DNA of 62,251 bases, the filler included, from Choristocarpus tenellus KU-1152 (Eukaryota > Protista > Phaeophyceae): NCBI GenBank assembly GCA_964200185.2. It is 6 parts of 6 records of this genome, joined end to end, with 100 filler letters (N's around TTAATTAATTAA, not from the genome) between each part and the next. Parts side by side here need not be neighbours in the genome. Positions count along the whole stretch, not along the records: positions 6,764 to 30,642 come from CAXNAD020000233.1; 5 more parts are not named here. One strand, 5' to 3'. How positions within the stretch are numbered: the first letter of the stretch is position 1; every line of letters begins with the position of its first letter. Below the pieces are notes generated by a model. That model was not told the origin of the DNA, ran no database searches, and saw only the letters and a list, made by a program, of their open reading frames with translations. Shown here in pieces: positions 13,927 to 27,100 of the stretch. Position numbers and translations under genes: made by a program.

Positions 13927-14344
13927 AATGAACATTGTAATTATCAAGGTTTAAGGGAGTATTATTGTAGCATAATAGGTGGTATTCAAATAGTAAATAG
14001 ATATCAGAGAGATATCTTCAACACTTAGGACAATAAGTAAGTGTTGTTACGTGTATGGGAATCCTTATATTATTGGTTTGACTTTTCCCTTGACACATTC
14101 GGAAAATATCAGAGAGCATTTAATATGTATGGTTGTATATATTATTGTGGGGTATACTGTGTTATTACGCCCTATGAGATTTTGTAGATGTGGCAGCGAA
14201 AGTCCAAACCAATGTAACACTGTCCCCTGTAAAAATAATAATTTGTGTAAAATATATCTCTTCAAAAAAATACGTTTTGAATACTACCTACACAACAATG
14301 ATCCCTTGGAGGTTGCGTATAATGTATGATGTATAATGAAATGT

Positions 14345-15060
14345 GTGTACACAGCTCCTATGTCTCTAACCTGCCTTGGTCCTACAAAGGTGGGCGTGGA
14401 CATAGGGAAGCATCCCAATAATCTGATAGGAGGCCCCTCCTTGCCCATTCGTCTGGTGTCTCCACCTTGAAACGCATGACCCGTTTCTTGTGTAGTGACA
14501 GACACTATCTGTCGTAAAACGGTACTAGGCAGCTCTTTTCTACAATATCCTCCCCGCCCCTCTCCCTCCTACTCTGTGTGTGGCAAACTCATCTAATTAA
14601 CTTTCTGCTTGCTTACCAAGGCATCCAAAACTTTTCCCAGCAAAGGTATTGAGATTAAAACAACGTCATAGTGGGTGCACTTTCACGCCTTGTCTACAGC
14701 AGCAGATACGCCATTGCTCATGGATGATGGAGATGGGAGGTTGCTTGATTTCTGCAAAAGCAACATTCAGAAGGAGGCCTTTGTCCCAGTAGGAAGCTGA
14801 TTCAGCGTCTGCAAATGCCCCAGCATGGAAGACCACATCCATGTGGAAGTCCCGGTTCACCGTGAATGGGCCAACATCCTCCACATGGGGTGTATTGTTA
14901 CATTCATCCTCTGCGTTGATATTTGCCATTCCATTTTGTTGTTATCGGTTCCGCACAAAATCGACGAAGACACATATGAAAATCAAGACAATTGTGCATC
15001 CACTTGCCCTCCGGAAGAGGTTTTGCCAGGCCCTGACTCCAGGTAGAGAACGAATTTCAC
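14345..15060 (-). mobile_element. Older, diverged RLE-type non-LTR relic; may extend to ~16300
   Basis: PFTVNRDFHMDVV...KGLLLNVAFAE, then FNLNTFAGKSFGCLGKQ...LDEFATH...LRQIVSVTTQ. Same family as 13183-13570, with frameshifts. Confidence 0.7.
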
Positions 15061-16639
15061 TGCCAGGAAGTTCCATCGTGATACTCCTTCAACGAGGTTG
15101 TTTCTTGAATCCTAAAATTCGGAGTTTTAAACCGAACCAGGGAATTGTGACAGGGCGGGGCTGCGAGTTGGTTGATAAGTTATTCTTTGTCAAGGCTGGG
15201 CCCCGAGTCAACTCAGTAAGCGGTAGTTTTGAATTGAAACTGATTTTGTTGAGCGGAAGAAGTGACCGGAATTATTCATGTATGGATGCTTCAAGGTTCA
15301 CCGTATGGGCTGCTGTCTCTCCATCAATTTCTTCCTCCACATTTCGTCCTGCTCTTCTCCATCCTCCCTAATATGTATCACTTGAAGAATGTCATCCCTA
15401 GTCCCAGGGGGAGCAACGAGGTTCTCCTCCCCTCGGCTTGTCTCTTCACCGCCCTCAGTCGTCTTCAGCTTCAACTCCGTTGTCTGGGTAGATTTGGCAG
15501 GTTCAACCAAAGCTATCAATTCAGCCTTTGTCTTCTTCCCCTTTCGCACATTTCGGCAGAGAACGGGACAATTGCCTTATACCAGGCATCATCAGGAACG
15601 AGTTGTCCCCAGATAGAAACCTCGCTAACCTCCAAAACAAACACTGTGTTGAAGACTATGTGCCTGGTTAGGAGAAGGAGATTGACCTGAACATACTCGA
15701 CAGCTTAGGAAAAGATTTTCAAGTACGTCCTCTCCTCCATTCTCTTGTTGACACCGTGGCAGAGATCCTCTATATCAGCAACATTTATTCAAGATACTTC
15801 AGAATTGTCTTTTGTCATTTCATGGGAGGTGGACAACCAGGTGGATTAATCGATTGAGAACTAGAAGGCTGCATACTCGCTGAAGTACTACCTTCCGACT
15901 CCTTAGCCCTCACTCTCTCACCTTCAATGCCCTTCCACGGTACAAGATGCAGCTGCTCAGTAGTTATCACCAAATGGAAACTGTGTGTGGGCTGATGAGG
16001 GGCTTTGGGAAGGAGGCTAGAGGTGTCGAGATGGAGAGACGGATTGAGGAGGAAAAGAAACCGGACTTCTTTTAGCATGCAGCGGTTAGCTTTTACTACT
16101 GTGGTTCTGGTGTAGATACCAGGTCGCAATTCTTGCGAATTTCTGCCTCCCCCTTGTGGTCCTTCCACCCTGCTGCCTTCCAACAGCACTCTGTACGAAT
16201 ATCAACCCATTCACAACTCTCAGGACACCCTGAGTGACTACAGTTCTTTCCTCCTGTACACCCTTCTGAGGTCTGTACCTCCTGAGGGAACACAGGATGG
16301 CTCTATACAAATAGGTGCTGCTGAATCACTTCTTCCCGTAATGTGATTGAGGGCTGAAGCCAATTTCAAACACCTTAACTACACCCGAGTGATACTGCAC
16401 ATCTTTCAATTAATTGATACACACATGCACACCTTCAACAACACATATATCTTATACTACAGAGCTGAGCATCTGAAAATGTCGGTATCAAAATATAATT
16501 ACAAGAGTTTCCCGCTTGACACATCTGCACAATGTCAGAGGACACGCTGAAATATTCTATAATAATAGAAATTATCGAATGTGATGAAGCCAATAGAAGC
16601 AACATATCAGGCTGCAACGCAAGTGAAGGTGTTAAGCCC

Positions 16640-17000
16640 CGAAATATCCGATATTATAGAGGCCGACGTTTTTCATTGTGCGGAAAGCTGTATGAAGGGT
16701 GACGCTATGGTAAGTCATCACTCACTCTATCGGGGTCTGAGATAATAGTGTTACAGGGCCTGGATCTGTGTGATGGGGGATGATGAGAACCACTAGAGAT
16801 GAGGTTCGGAAAGAAAGTGAGCTATGGAGTTGAGGCATATTGATTGTACGTTGACAGCCTCAGAGTACATGTTGATCAATCTCCACTATGATTGGCTGCA
16901 ATGAGTCAGGACAGAAAACGCGATCTTGGGCTCTGCTGGTTTGAATCCACAATTCATTTCAGCGTTACCACGAACCATCCATGCGTCTGACTCACATCAC
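16640..17000 (+). mobile_element. Possible short Copia RT relic
   Basis: EPLEMRFGKKVSYGVEA resembles PLVMKLKKSLYGLRQ, followed by GFE...PCV. Very degenerate. Confidence 0.3.
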
Positions 17001-17115
17001 ATCACCCTAACTGACCTCAACTGGAAATAGTGGCGCACATAAATGCATCTTACAGCGTGCATTATCCCGTCTGTGTTGAGAGACATAAAAAAGGGGACCT
17101 GTTGTCCTTGACAAT

Positions 17116-17310
17116 AACATTGTAATTAAGCTTTTAGGGGGTGTTGTATTATAGGTGATATTCAAATAGAAAATAGATTTTAGAGAGATATCTTTCACAT
17201 TCAGGACAACTACTACTTACTGTCTGCTGCTACTTTTGTAGGGGTCCTTGTCATATTGGTTAGGCCTTTTCTGTGACAAATTTGCAAAATGTTAGAGGAC
17301 ATAATAATAC
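17116..17310 (+). repeat. ~190-bp dispersed repeat ending in a TGACA-N11-TGTCA hairpin plus (AAT)n
   Basis: Aligns by eye with 13931-14120 and 12962-13096. The terminal motif also occurs at 13676, 16509 and, reversed, at 56710-56768. Confidence 0.7.
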
Positions 17311-18366
17311 TGTCAGATACGGGTCCCCTTCTTGGGATATCTCGACACTGATGAGGATAATGCGCACAGATATACACTTTTGGACGTTCCAGTAGTTGAG
17401 GTGGTGTGGGTCAGACGCACGATCGGCTCGCGGTAACCCTGACATAAACGGTGGATTCAAAATAGCGAAGCCCGAGATTATGTTTTCTGTTCTGACTGGT
17501 CGCAACCTATCGCAGTTGAGATTGATCCAGATGGTAATTGGAGGCTGTCCACATACGCCTAAAATGCCTCAGTCTCAACTCTCACTTCCTTTTTGAATCT
17601 CATCTGTCCTGGTTCTCATCACCCCCCATCACACACAACCAGTTTCGATGAAAGTAGTTCTTCCGTTAATTATCAATTAATTACTAGAGAGGTGCATTTT
17701 CCATTTTTCAATTTCGGTTTCATTTTGACTATTTTTTTTGAAGGTGGTAGATTATGTATGTATTGTGTTTTTTTACCGCTATGAGGGAAAAGAAATTCCT
17801 GATAATGGCATCACGAATTCAAAAAGGGATAGGACAAAGCCGTCAGAATGGAAGGGATAGAGCGCTAAACAGTAGTAGTATAAAGTTAAAATTCTTCGAC
17901 AGAAGGTCAACAATCGCTATTGCTGAGGTCGTTGTGAGTGTAGTTTTGTGTGTGTTGGTGAGTAGGTGAGTAGGGCCTCATGCACATGTCATTCGATGAC
18001 CTATCCCAAGGGAATTGGGAGTTGGGATTTTGTGAAGCGAGGTGGTATATTCTCTCCTTACCAGGGTAATAAACTGAGATCCGACAGATTCTAGCATTTT
18101 CTCTGTTGAGTAGCTTGTTGTGCTCATGGTTGTGCATGTTCCTCTGCCTATGCGTGCGGGCTGGTTGTCACAGTTGTTCAGCATCGTTTGCCACACATCC
18201 CTCGCGTTGTTTTTTTCTCATCAACGGATGACTACAACGATGCAAGTATTTTTCCTTGGCATTCTGTGTAACACTTTTGTGTGATGGGGAGTACTTTAAT
18301 AAAGGTGAATATTGCTTGCGATCTTTTTCTCTTGCCGATACGACTTAGCCCCTTTCCCTCTACCAG

Positions 18367-21141
18367 GTGATCGAGGGGCACAGGAGTCTCACAGCGCTGC
18401 CTTTTGGCTGCGCAGCGTTTTCAAGACGGCGGAAGTAGTTCCCAGGCAGGCAGGGGCCGATTCCGCCCCCAACCTTCTCAGCTCAGTCTCCGCTTTGTTG
18501 GGATGGCCGACCACACCCCCCCCACAGGTTGAAGGTGTCACACTGGACAGACCTACCTTGGATAGTTTGTCGAGTCGTGGGGGTGCCCCATTGGTGGAGT
18601 TACCGCCCAGCAGTGCCAGCCCGATCTCGCCGTCATCCCCTCATGACATGGGCCTCCCTGCGGTCTTACCCCCCCTCAATTGGAGGAACCAAGGCACTCT
18701 CCTTGGGAGGCAGTCGGCGCCAAGAACCCATGATGGTGTCTCTGGCACCCACGGTGGTCTCGATCAGGTGAGGGACGAGATTATGTGGTGGGTAGGGGAA
18801 GAGATAAGAGTGAATAATTTGTTTTCGATTCCGCGACTATGTGACTTTGTATATTCTATGTTCTGCGTAATCTGCTTAAGTGATGACGGCGATAGTAAAC
18901 CCAATCAATATAGGTTTGGAAAATCCGTAACCCCACTCATTTATACTACTCCTTGACCTGATCCTGTGAGGGGAGGATGAAGGTTGCACATTGATAGTCT
19001 CTGCATCTCACTGATCTCTGGTTTTCGTAGCAGTAGCAACTCAGCATGCTACTATTCCTGATGTTGGGAGGAGTGTACCACTTTTTTTTCTAATCGACAT
19101 TGGTTGTATGTCTCATTTGAAAGGCTACATACCTGCTGCCAGGTCAAGAGGGACTGAGCAGGGAGGCTGTATGTTTAATTCATGCTGTGTTTCTGAGTGA
19201 CAGATAATCTCATCCGCCTTATTCGCTAAACATGTGCACAATTGCTCACTCATTTGGCACGGCAGAGGAAATACTCTATTGATTCTATGCAGGAGAATGA
19301 AATCTGCCGTAGAGGCATTGAAAGGACAAAGCGTGTAAAGGCAGAGTCCGATTATCTGAAACGATGGAGATCATACGATGACAGTGCAGTGATAGCTATT
19401 GGGCGCAAGGATTTGGCCCTAGGTTTGCCATCCAAGTTTGATACATCGCCGCAGGTTTCCCCGCAGTCAGTGACAAACAAACAGTTGGAGGAAATTGAGG
19501 AAATGAAGGCGGGGCTGCCTGGGGAAGAAGGGCTTGAGGGCATGGTTGCCAGGCCACTGAGAGAACTCTCAGCAAATCCACCAATGCTGAATGAGGTATT
19601 TCCAAAAGCAGCAGAGGAAAGGAAAGAAATGAACAATAAAAGCTTCCGGGGTATTGTGGCAGCCTCAGTTGCTACAGCTGTGTTAGAAGCGAAGGCAGCA
19701 GCAGAAGCATCTGAGGAAAAAGAAGCAGAGGCTGGGGGGCGGGGGGGCAGGGTGGTAGCGACAGATGCTGTGGTGGCGGGAGAGGCAGTGGAAGTGACGC
19801 CTTCATCAGCTAGCAGAAGCTTGGGGATTCCAGCCACAACAGGCCTGTTGATGTCCCCTGATGTTTTGGGTGGTGGAGTAGCAATTCCTGCTGTACACTC
19901 AGTGGAAGATGTCCCTCCAAACGAGGGTGATGTTGTAAACTTTTGTGAAAGGTGGAGTCAGGAGTCCAATGCATTGAATGGACAGACAGGGAAAGACAGA
20001 GGGGGCGGTGAAGGGGATAAAAGTACCCTAGGTGACCTTCTGTTTGGTCCACCACCTCAAAGTGTTGTCGTAACAAGGGGTGAGGAGGGAGAAGGCCTAA
20101 GGGTGGGCATGGGAACCGTACAGTTCAGGAGTGGATCAGGGCTTCGTCCACCACCTCCACCAGTGCCAGAAGAGATAAGTGGTTCAGAGGAACTGGTGGA
20201 TACCTCAATGGCACACCTGCTTCAATACCAACCAGCGAGCTTGCTGCGACAGACCAGCAAGTACTTAGGAGAGGATCTGGCTCAGGTCAAGCTTCAGCAG
20301 TCTCAGTGAGTGGCACCTGTGTGTTTACAATCGGTTATGCTTCCCCCTGCTCCAAGTAATTAATCACATCTTGATGCCCTGTGGTTGCTTTACTCACTGA
20401 GACATATGGCTGGAAGGTTGCACTGGCGAGCTTGAACCGAGATAGCATGTTGAGAATGCATCTTGATGCTTGTGGTTTGTGTTGATGCGTTCGTGTTTTG
20501 GAGATTTTTGCTTACTTTGCCGTTGGTTTGAGGTAAGAGAATAATCACTGCATGACACATCCCAGCTCTAGGGTATGTGGACATAGGGCTGGCTACCTGT
20601 ACGGAAGCACAATGAGATTTTCCTATTATTTGGTGAGGAGGCCTTCCTTGCTGGCTCCTGAATCCCCAATGCTGCGCTGTGCGTAAGATTAATTCCAGTC
20701 TCCCTTTCTGATCACATCCTACATGTTCAAAGCCAGTTTGTATATTTTGTGTCTTGCTTGACAGAATTGCCACTGCAGCTGTGGTCATTGGATCGGTATG
20801 CCAAGGCTAGTAGTAGTAGTAGTAACAGGTTGTGGTATGGCAGGTACACTAGGAGGAACAACCTTCTAAACCAACATAATTGCCTGTATGTCTCATTCTT
20901 TCAGTAGTGTGTATTTCTTTTTCTCTTAACTTCTCCCCTGAAATCTTGCCATTGCTGTTGTAACTGGCATCGATCTGTTGCTATGTTTTGACATGGATGT
21001 GCATGATCCTCCCTCCTTGTTATGCCTTCCTCAATGTTGACGTGTGCTCTGCTTTGTTATGGAAATATCTGAAGGCATTCAAACATGAAAAAGAGCAAGC
21101 TGTTGTCGTTCGCAGATGATCATGGAGACAGGCTCCACCAT
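18367..21141 (+). CDS. Hypothetical low-complexity protein with a PP1-docking-like motif (exons 18367-18767, 19293-20305, 21075-21141); both ends uncertain
   Basis: Long ORFs with phase-consistent joins (0, then 2). The last exon encodes MKKSKLLSFADDHGDRLHH. Confidence 0.6.
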
Positions 21142-24100
21142 GTGAGCCACTACCGTAGCAGGGAGGGGTGGGATGTATGCGCCACTTAGGGCACTTGGGG
21201 CTTAAGCAGCGGTCCTAGTCTGGGACTGTGTTTTTTTTCTGTGAACTTGGAGGGTGTTGGGGGAGGATTAGATGAGGTTTTGAAGGAATTGAAAAGGTTG
21301 AGAGTTGTGTGCTTCGGTTCAATGTTCACATGAGTGATGTACTTGTACATGTCTGTGTATGTGAAATGGTGTGATACACATGTTTGTCTTTCTCATCCTG
21401 TAACTAGCCCTATGTATTTGTGGAATGCGTCTAATTCTTGGGAATTGTGTGAAAAAATGAGAACAGATTTACTTGGGTTTTGAAGATAGATTATTGGAAT
21501 CCCACTGTGGTTAGGAGACACTAGTCTTGAAAAACCAAACTTATGCCTGTGTAGCTTAAAGCCTGACTTAAGAGTACAATGATGTCTGTGACCATGATGG
21601 CATACTCCCCATTGACAAAACCTTGGGGCACTGCTCCTCGTCAACCAATTGGCAGACTCGATATCTTTTTGGTCTGTACTATTCCAAGGAGGGTATGGCA
21701 CCACCAAATGCAGGGAGGTGCTTCTGCTCGATTTCTTGAGGTCACAAGGGGTCTGTCAATAGACTGCCCCCAAAATATGTAGGATGAATATACAATTGAG
21801 TTCAGGCTCTCGCACCTATGATATTTATGGGAGGGGTGTGGAGACGAGGAAGAGGTCCTTCCTCAACTGATTGCTGGACGTTGTGTGGAGGGAGCAAGGG
21901 AATGAGGATTGACTTGTGCAGTAACTTTGCTACCTCCGCCCTGACGCCATCAAAAATGGTGGACATCATACTGGGTCCTTGGTGAGGCTGGGTTGCACTC
22001 CAACCCTTTTTTTGTGGGTGGCAATTATTGCTTGAATTGGTAGGGGCAATTATGAATTTTCTCCCCCTTTGCATGAGCCTGCTCTCTGCAGCCTTTGGTT
22101 ATGTTAACGATCCCTTTTTTTATTGGCTCGGCAGTATGTTTTTTCTGTGTTTACATGCCGCTCCAACGCAAGGTGCATCACCTGACTGTGCCATCCATAG
22201 TTGTCCCAGCACCCCCTGTGCATCACCCTCAAGAGGCCGGTCTTGTGTTGCAGTCGGCAAAATATATTTCAAATACTTACGTAGTGTTTGTCCCAAGGTT
22301 GTTTTGTATGCTGTAATTGTGAGACAATTGAAAAATCTTGTGTGCGGCGCTTAGGAGGTGATCTCCCTGGTCTATCTAATTCTTGGAGCCAGTGCATTCT
22401 GTAGAGGAAATTATTGTGTGTTTTATCTGTTATTCTTGATGTGTCGGTCCTTGTGTGTAGCAAATCGTGAGAAGCTTTTTCCTAGTTCTGCCTCGATTCC
22501 TTGATGTTCCTATTAAGATGTATGTATTGTCTTATTATGTGTTGCTTCATATTGAATAAGCCCCTTACTTCCTCCCACGCAATTTTTTTGGGGGTGCATT
22601 ATTTTCAATGCTTGGTGTTAACCTAGTGGAAGGTTTTTGACTGGCCTGAAGGCAAAAGTGAGGTAGCAGTGGGGGTAAGAACAACAGGGGAGGTACCTCC
22701 CTGCTCAAAGTGCGTAGATCATTCCTTGATTTATAGGGTGGTGATACCTTTCACCTAGATAGTTCTTCAAACTGAATAGTAGCACTCTTGAGAGAGCTTC
22801 ACTTGTACTCACTTCTATTCATGAGTGATGTCAGTGTCAGGCAAGGCCCGTTTCATGCCATTTATCATAGAGAGATAAGTTTACATGTGCCTACCTGTCC
22901 ATTACAGTCTTCAAACCTGGAAAAGCTCTACAGTATACTATCATTATTGGGAAATGAGACTGATCATTGACTTTGTCGAGATTTCATTGAAACTCTCCAA
23001 CCATAGTAGTGAGAGGAGTATTTGAGGTCAAATGCCTTGGGTAGGTGTGGGATATTGTATTAGAGGGGAAAAGACAATCAATCCAAGTCCAACATATCTT
23101 GCCTGTGTGTAATGCCTATCATCCTTGCACTCTCATGATCCATTGTCAATCATTGATGTATTGCAAGGATAGCACAATCACTGTGCTTGCTGATGGTGCT
23201 TCCCCTTTCACAAGTTTTAGAATGCAGTAGTGTATCTGTCACATGCCGAAGTACCTTCAGAATCTCCTTCCAGTTTTCCCAACCCTCTTATTCATAAAAC
23301 TTTTAAGGGAGATCTGAAGTCTTGTATTGTCGACTTCTGTCTAGGAGGGGCATGTGTTGAGGAAAACACAAGATGTTGGAATATGCTCCCCTTTGGTGTC
23401 AACTTCATGTATTAGGCCTTGCCTGTTGCATGGAATAAATGTGTTTTTTTTTCAATATAAAGAACTCTGTGTGGGCAACCAACGTGAATGTTTATGGTTA
23501 CTACAAGCAGTTGTGACCCTATGGGGCTGTGTGCTGATACGCCTTCTGGGGTTCCCCATATTATTCTCAGAGGGTTGAGTCAACTACATGAACATGGGGA
23601 CTGGACACACTGGTGATGTATAGATTACAAGAACACGACGCAGTTGATTTCTACACGAACACAGCATGCTAACAACAAGGCATATATAACATTGTACAGT
23701 GCAATGTTGGAAAAGGTTGATAATTATGATGTCAGTGAAAGATCTAGCAACCAGAGTTTCCCATACACTCTTCTTGTAAGTGTACTACACTCTCCTGGGA
23801 TGTTGGAGGGAAGAGAGGGATAGGTGGAACTGCAGAGGATGTATCTTTCATGTACTGTTCAGGAGTGAAGGTGAGGAAAGCATACAACAGTAACCTTTTG
23901 TATCAACAAGACTCGAAAAGCAGTGTAATTGTTTCAAGTAGTGAAGCAACAGGTTCTGATCGCCCAGTTCACTTCATCTTCTAACCTGCTCGTAGTCAAG
24001 TGTAAAACTGAAGGGTGTAAGTAACAGTTTTTCTCCTACTAACAATATAGTCCCTACCCACAAACCATGATTACATCCCCACCCATTCCTGTGTACCAAC

Positions 24101-24154
24101 ATTGTCCCTGTCCCATCCCTGGTCATGAGGCCATCAGACCCTTCCTAGTACCTC

Positions 24155-27100
24155 TCAACCATGCTGAACCTTCCGGGACCGCTTCTTCTTTCTCCAGGTG
24201 CCAGTGTCTGTTCCAACCAATACAGCAGAGTCGCATACCTCCCTCAAATGTTTTCTCTCAACCTTGCTGGAATGAGATTCATGACTGTCCCCCTTCCCTG
24301 AGCCTGCTCCCCGACTTAAACCTTGGGCTCTACCCCTTCCTCGCTTTGCCTCCATTTTCCGGGTCGCACGTTTACTAAAACCAGAGGGTATGTCTTGGCT
24401 CTTTTGTACAAACTCCTGTGGTCCCACCCTACTCCCAAAGCTCGCCCCTGTCTTCGTTCCTGTTCCCTCCCCCTGTTGCAAGTTCTGCAGTCCCTGCCCC
24501 TGCTGTCCCTTGGCAAGAAAGAGTTCCCAGTTGGAAGCTGCTCCAGCAGCTATAGCTTTCCCTGACCCTGCCTTCCTACCCCCACTTGCTCTCCTGTAGG
24601 CGTCTGCATAAGCCTCCCTCAGACGCACGATTGTGGTATTCAGATCCTTGGGGAGTAGGGCAATGCCATTGTCATCTCCACTACTTGCTGAGCCTCCACT
24701 GGTAGTTAGGGCCTGATCTGAGGCTGACCAAAGAGCTGGTGGAACTGGGACACTGTCTGGAGGGAGGGATCGATATGCCTTATTGGTGAATCGAGCATCC
24801 CACTTCTCTCTCATATTTTTCCGCTCTTCCAGGGCACGGAGCATTGTCTCAAATGCCCGCACAGTAGCAGTTGTTGTCCCAACTGGCGTGAAGTGCTCTG
24901 TGTTGCAGCATAATCGCTGAATGGTTCTACAAGTCCGACTCTCTAGCTCACGCCATGTGGCCAGGATGAGGGCCATAGGTCCCCGCCACCATGGGTGTAA
25001 TGCGGCGTGCCTGGCCCCCTGGACCCAAAACTGGTTTATCCACTCGCTCTCCAAGCCTGTCAGCAGTGCTTGCTCCTTTCGAACCTGTTTTTATGTTGTA
25101 AAGATAGAAAAATGAATGCTCTAAAGTATCACTGAGGGTCAGGGGGCAGTTGTGATGTGTGTAGGCTGTGGAAATGGATGAGTGCTCATCAGAGTAGATA
25201 CATATGTAGGAGGGAGGGCAGTTGGGTAGAAGTGGAGAATACGTAATTGACCCTCGAAATGGCGAGTCTGGGTCTTGTGACAACACCCATAGCGGTATAC
25301 AAGAAATGACACTTTGGGTGCAGTGCACAATACACGCAACACATGGTTTAGAGATGTGTTGAGGTGGGTTCAAGTCACACCATCGCCTATGGTCCACTGC
25401 AGAGCATACTCCTACTGATAAGGGTAAGAGTAAGTACATGACAGTAGTTCAATGTTTTAAAGAGCTACAATAAACACGTGGGAAATTGAAATATTGTCCT
25501 AGATACACATGTGTCTCACTTATCCTACGAACAATGTCAGGTCTTTTGAGCACTTTGGGTAAAAAGAACAGGTACACAAGACAAAAGCAGACAAATATTC
25601 ATGAGAGTACTGCCAAGCAGACCTGTTCATCAAGGAACGTATAAATATAAGACTTTCCCATCGTCCCACTTCCTCCTGTCCGTCCCAAATATTGCTTTGA
25701 CAGTAGATGGTACAAGTGTACAACAAAGTAAAATAAGTATGTAACACTTCAAAACATGCAACACAGGGCAGTGCCTCTTCCCACTCAGCAGAATTGTCAG
25801 ATGGGATCAGATCAAGGACTGCTGGCAAGTCCCTGGGACTATGGGCCAGTTGCAGAGACTATGTTTCAGTCAAGGGCATCCAAGCAGGAGCACCTATACC
25901 TAGGTTTAGGGTTAAAGAGCAGATTTGACATAGAACACCTGACCTGTGCCACATCGATGATGTTCCCACCGACCTCCTTGTAGCCTCCACCCCCCCTGGC
26001 CAGCACCTCCTCACAGCGTTTCTGTACGCCTGAAAAAGTGTTACCCTCAGTCACAGATACTCGGTGGGTAGATGAATAGCGCAGAGTTGAACCAGCGACA
26101 ACCGCGTGCTCATGAAAGTGACTGGTGATGGGGAAAAGGTAGGGCAAGGGAGGGAATGGGGGACATGAGGTTGTGTGTGTGTGTCAACTGATGTGACATT
26201 GAGCGCCTGACAAATATTTGTGTGTGGAGTATGCATTGCAATGCAGGTGTGCAGTCAAGCAATGGAGATGCTCTTGCGTCACATTAGTATACAAGTCTCT
26301 AGAAATTTTAAGCCTTGTTCGCTGTTCTTGCTCAATGTTCCCAACTATCTCCCCTCTGTTTGATGGAGGATGGAAAAAGGATCAGGACTTGCACAAATCG
26401 ATTAGGACACTAAAAAATCAATTTGTTTATTTCACTACCAACTCGGTCAAAAAGGTAAAGGGCAAAGTTGTTTCATATCAAACGCTATGTCCCAGATTTA
26501 GTGATCAGCTTGCTCCCTGAGAAGATGCAGTCATCCTAGTTCTGTGCTACTTCTACATAGAAATACAAACCACATCTTTCTTTTCAAATCTCTTCATATT
26601 TCTAATCCTTTGTGTTTGTTATCCCATCTTCCCCTCAGGCTTGTTGGTTTTAGAGTCTTTAAATTCTGGAGGAGATCTCTCAATCCACTCTATAGCATTA
26701 AATCTTGTGGTGCAAGCAAGCTGCACTATCATATGTTGCTTAAACAGTCGTGTAAAGCAGGCTTCAACCCACTTGAAGTCGTCCAGCATAAAGTATGCAT
26801 CGCCACTTGCCAACGGGACCAAAAGTGGAGGTGTGAGCACCTCTTGCTTTGCAGATCCATCTCCATTCTCCTCTTCCGCCACCTCCTCTTTCTCTTTCAC
26901 CCTCCCTTTATCCCCTCCACTCTCAACCTCTTGAGATACCCTTAGAGCAATCCCCCAATCTGGTTCCTTCAGCACCGGATCTGTACAGTGGTAAACTCCT
27001 GCCGAAGCAATTGTAAAGGATACAGTTGGGCTGAGGGTTGCACTTAGGTCTTACATCAAGAGGCGGCTTATCAAGTCTATATTGATAGAAGAGAGGCAAT

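Noticed and set aside
16920-16960. GGTTTGAATCC, similar to a tRNA T-loop or B-box
   Set aside because: No cloverleaf or A-box could be built around it.
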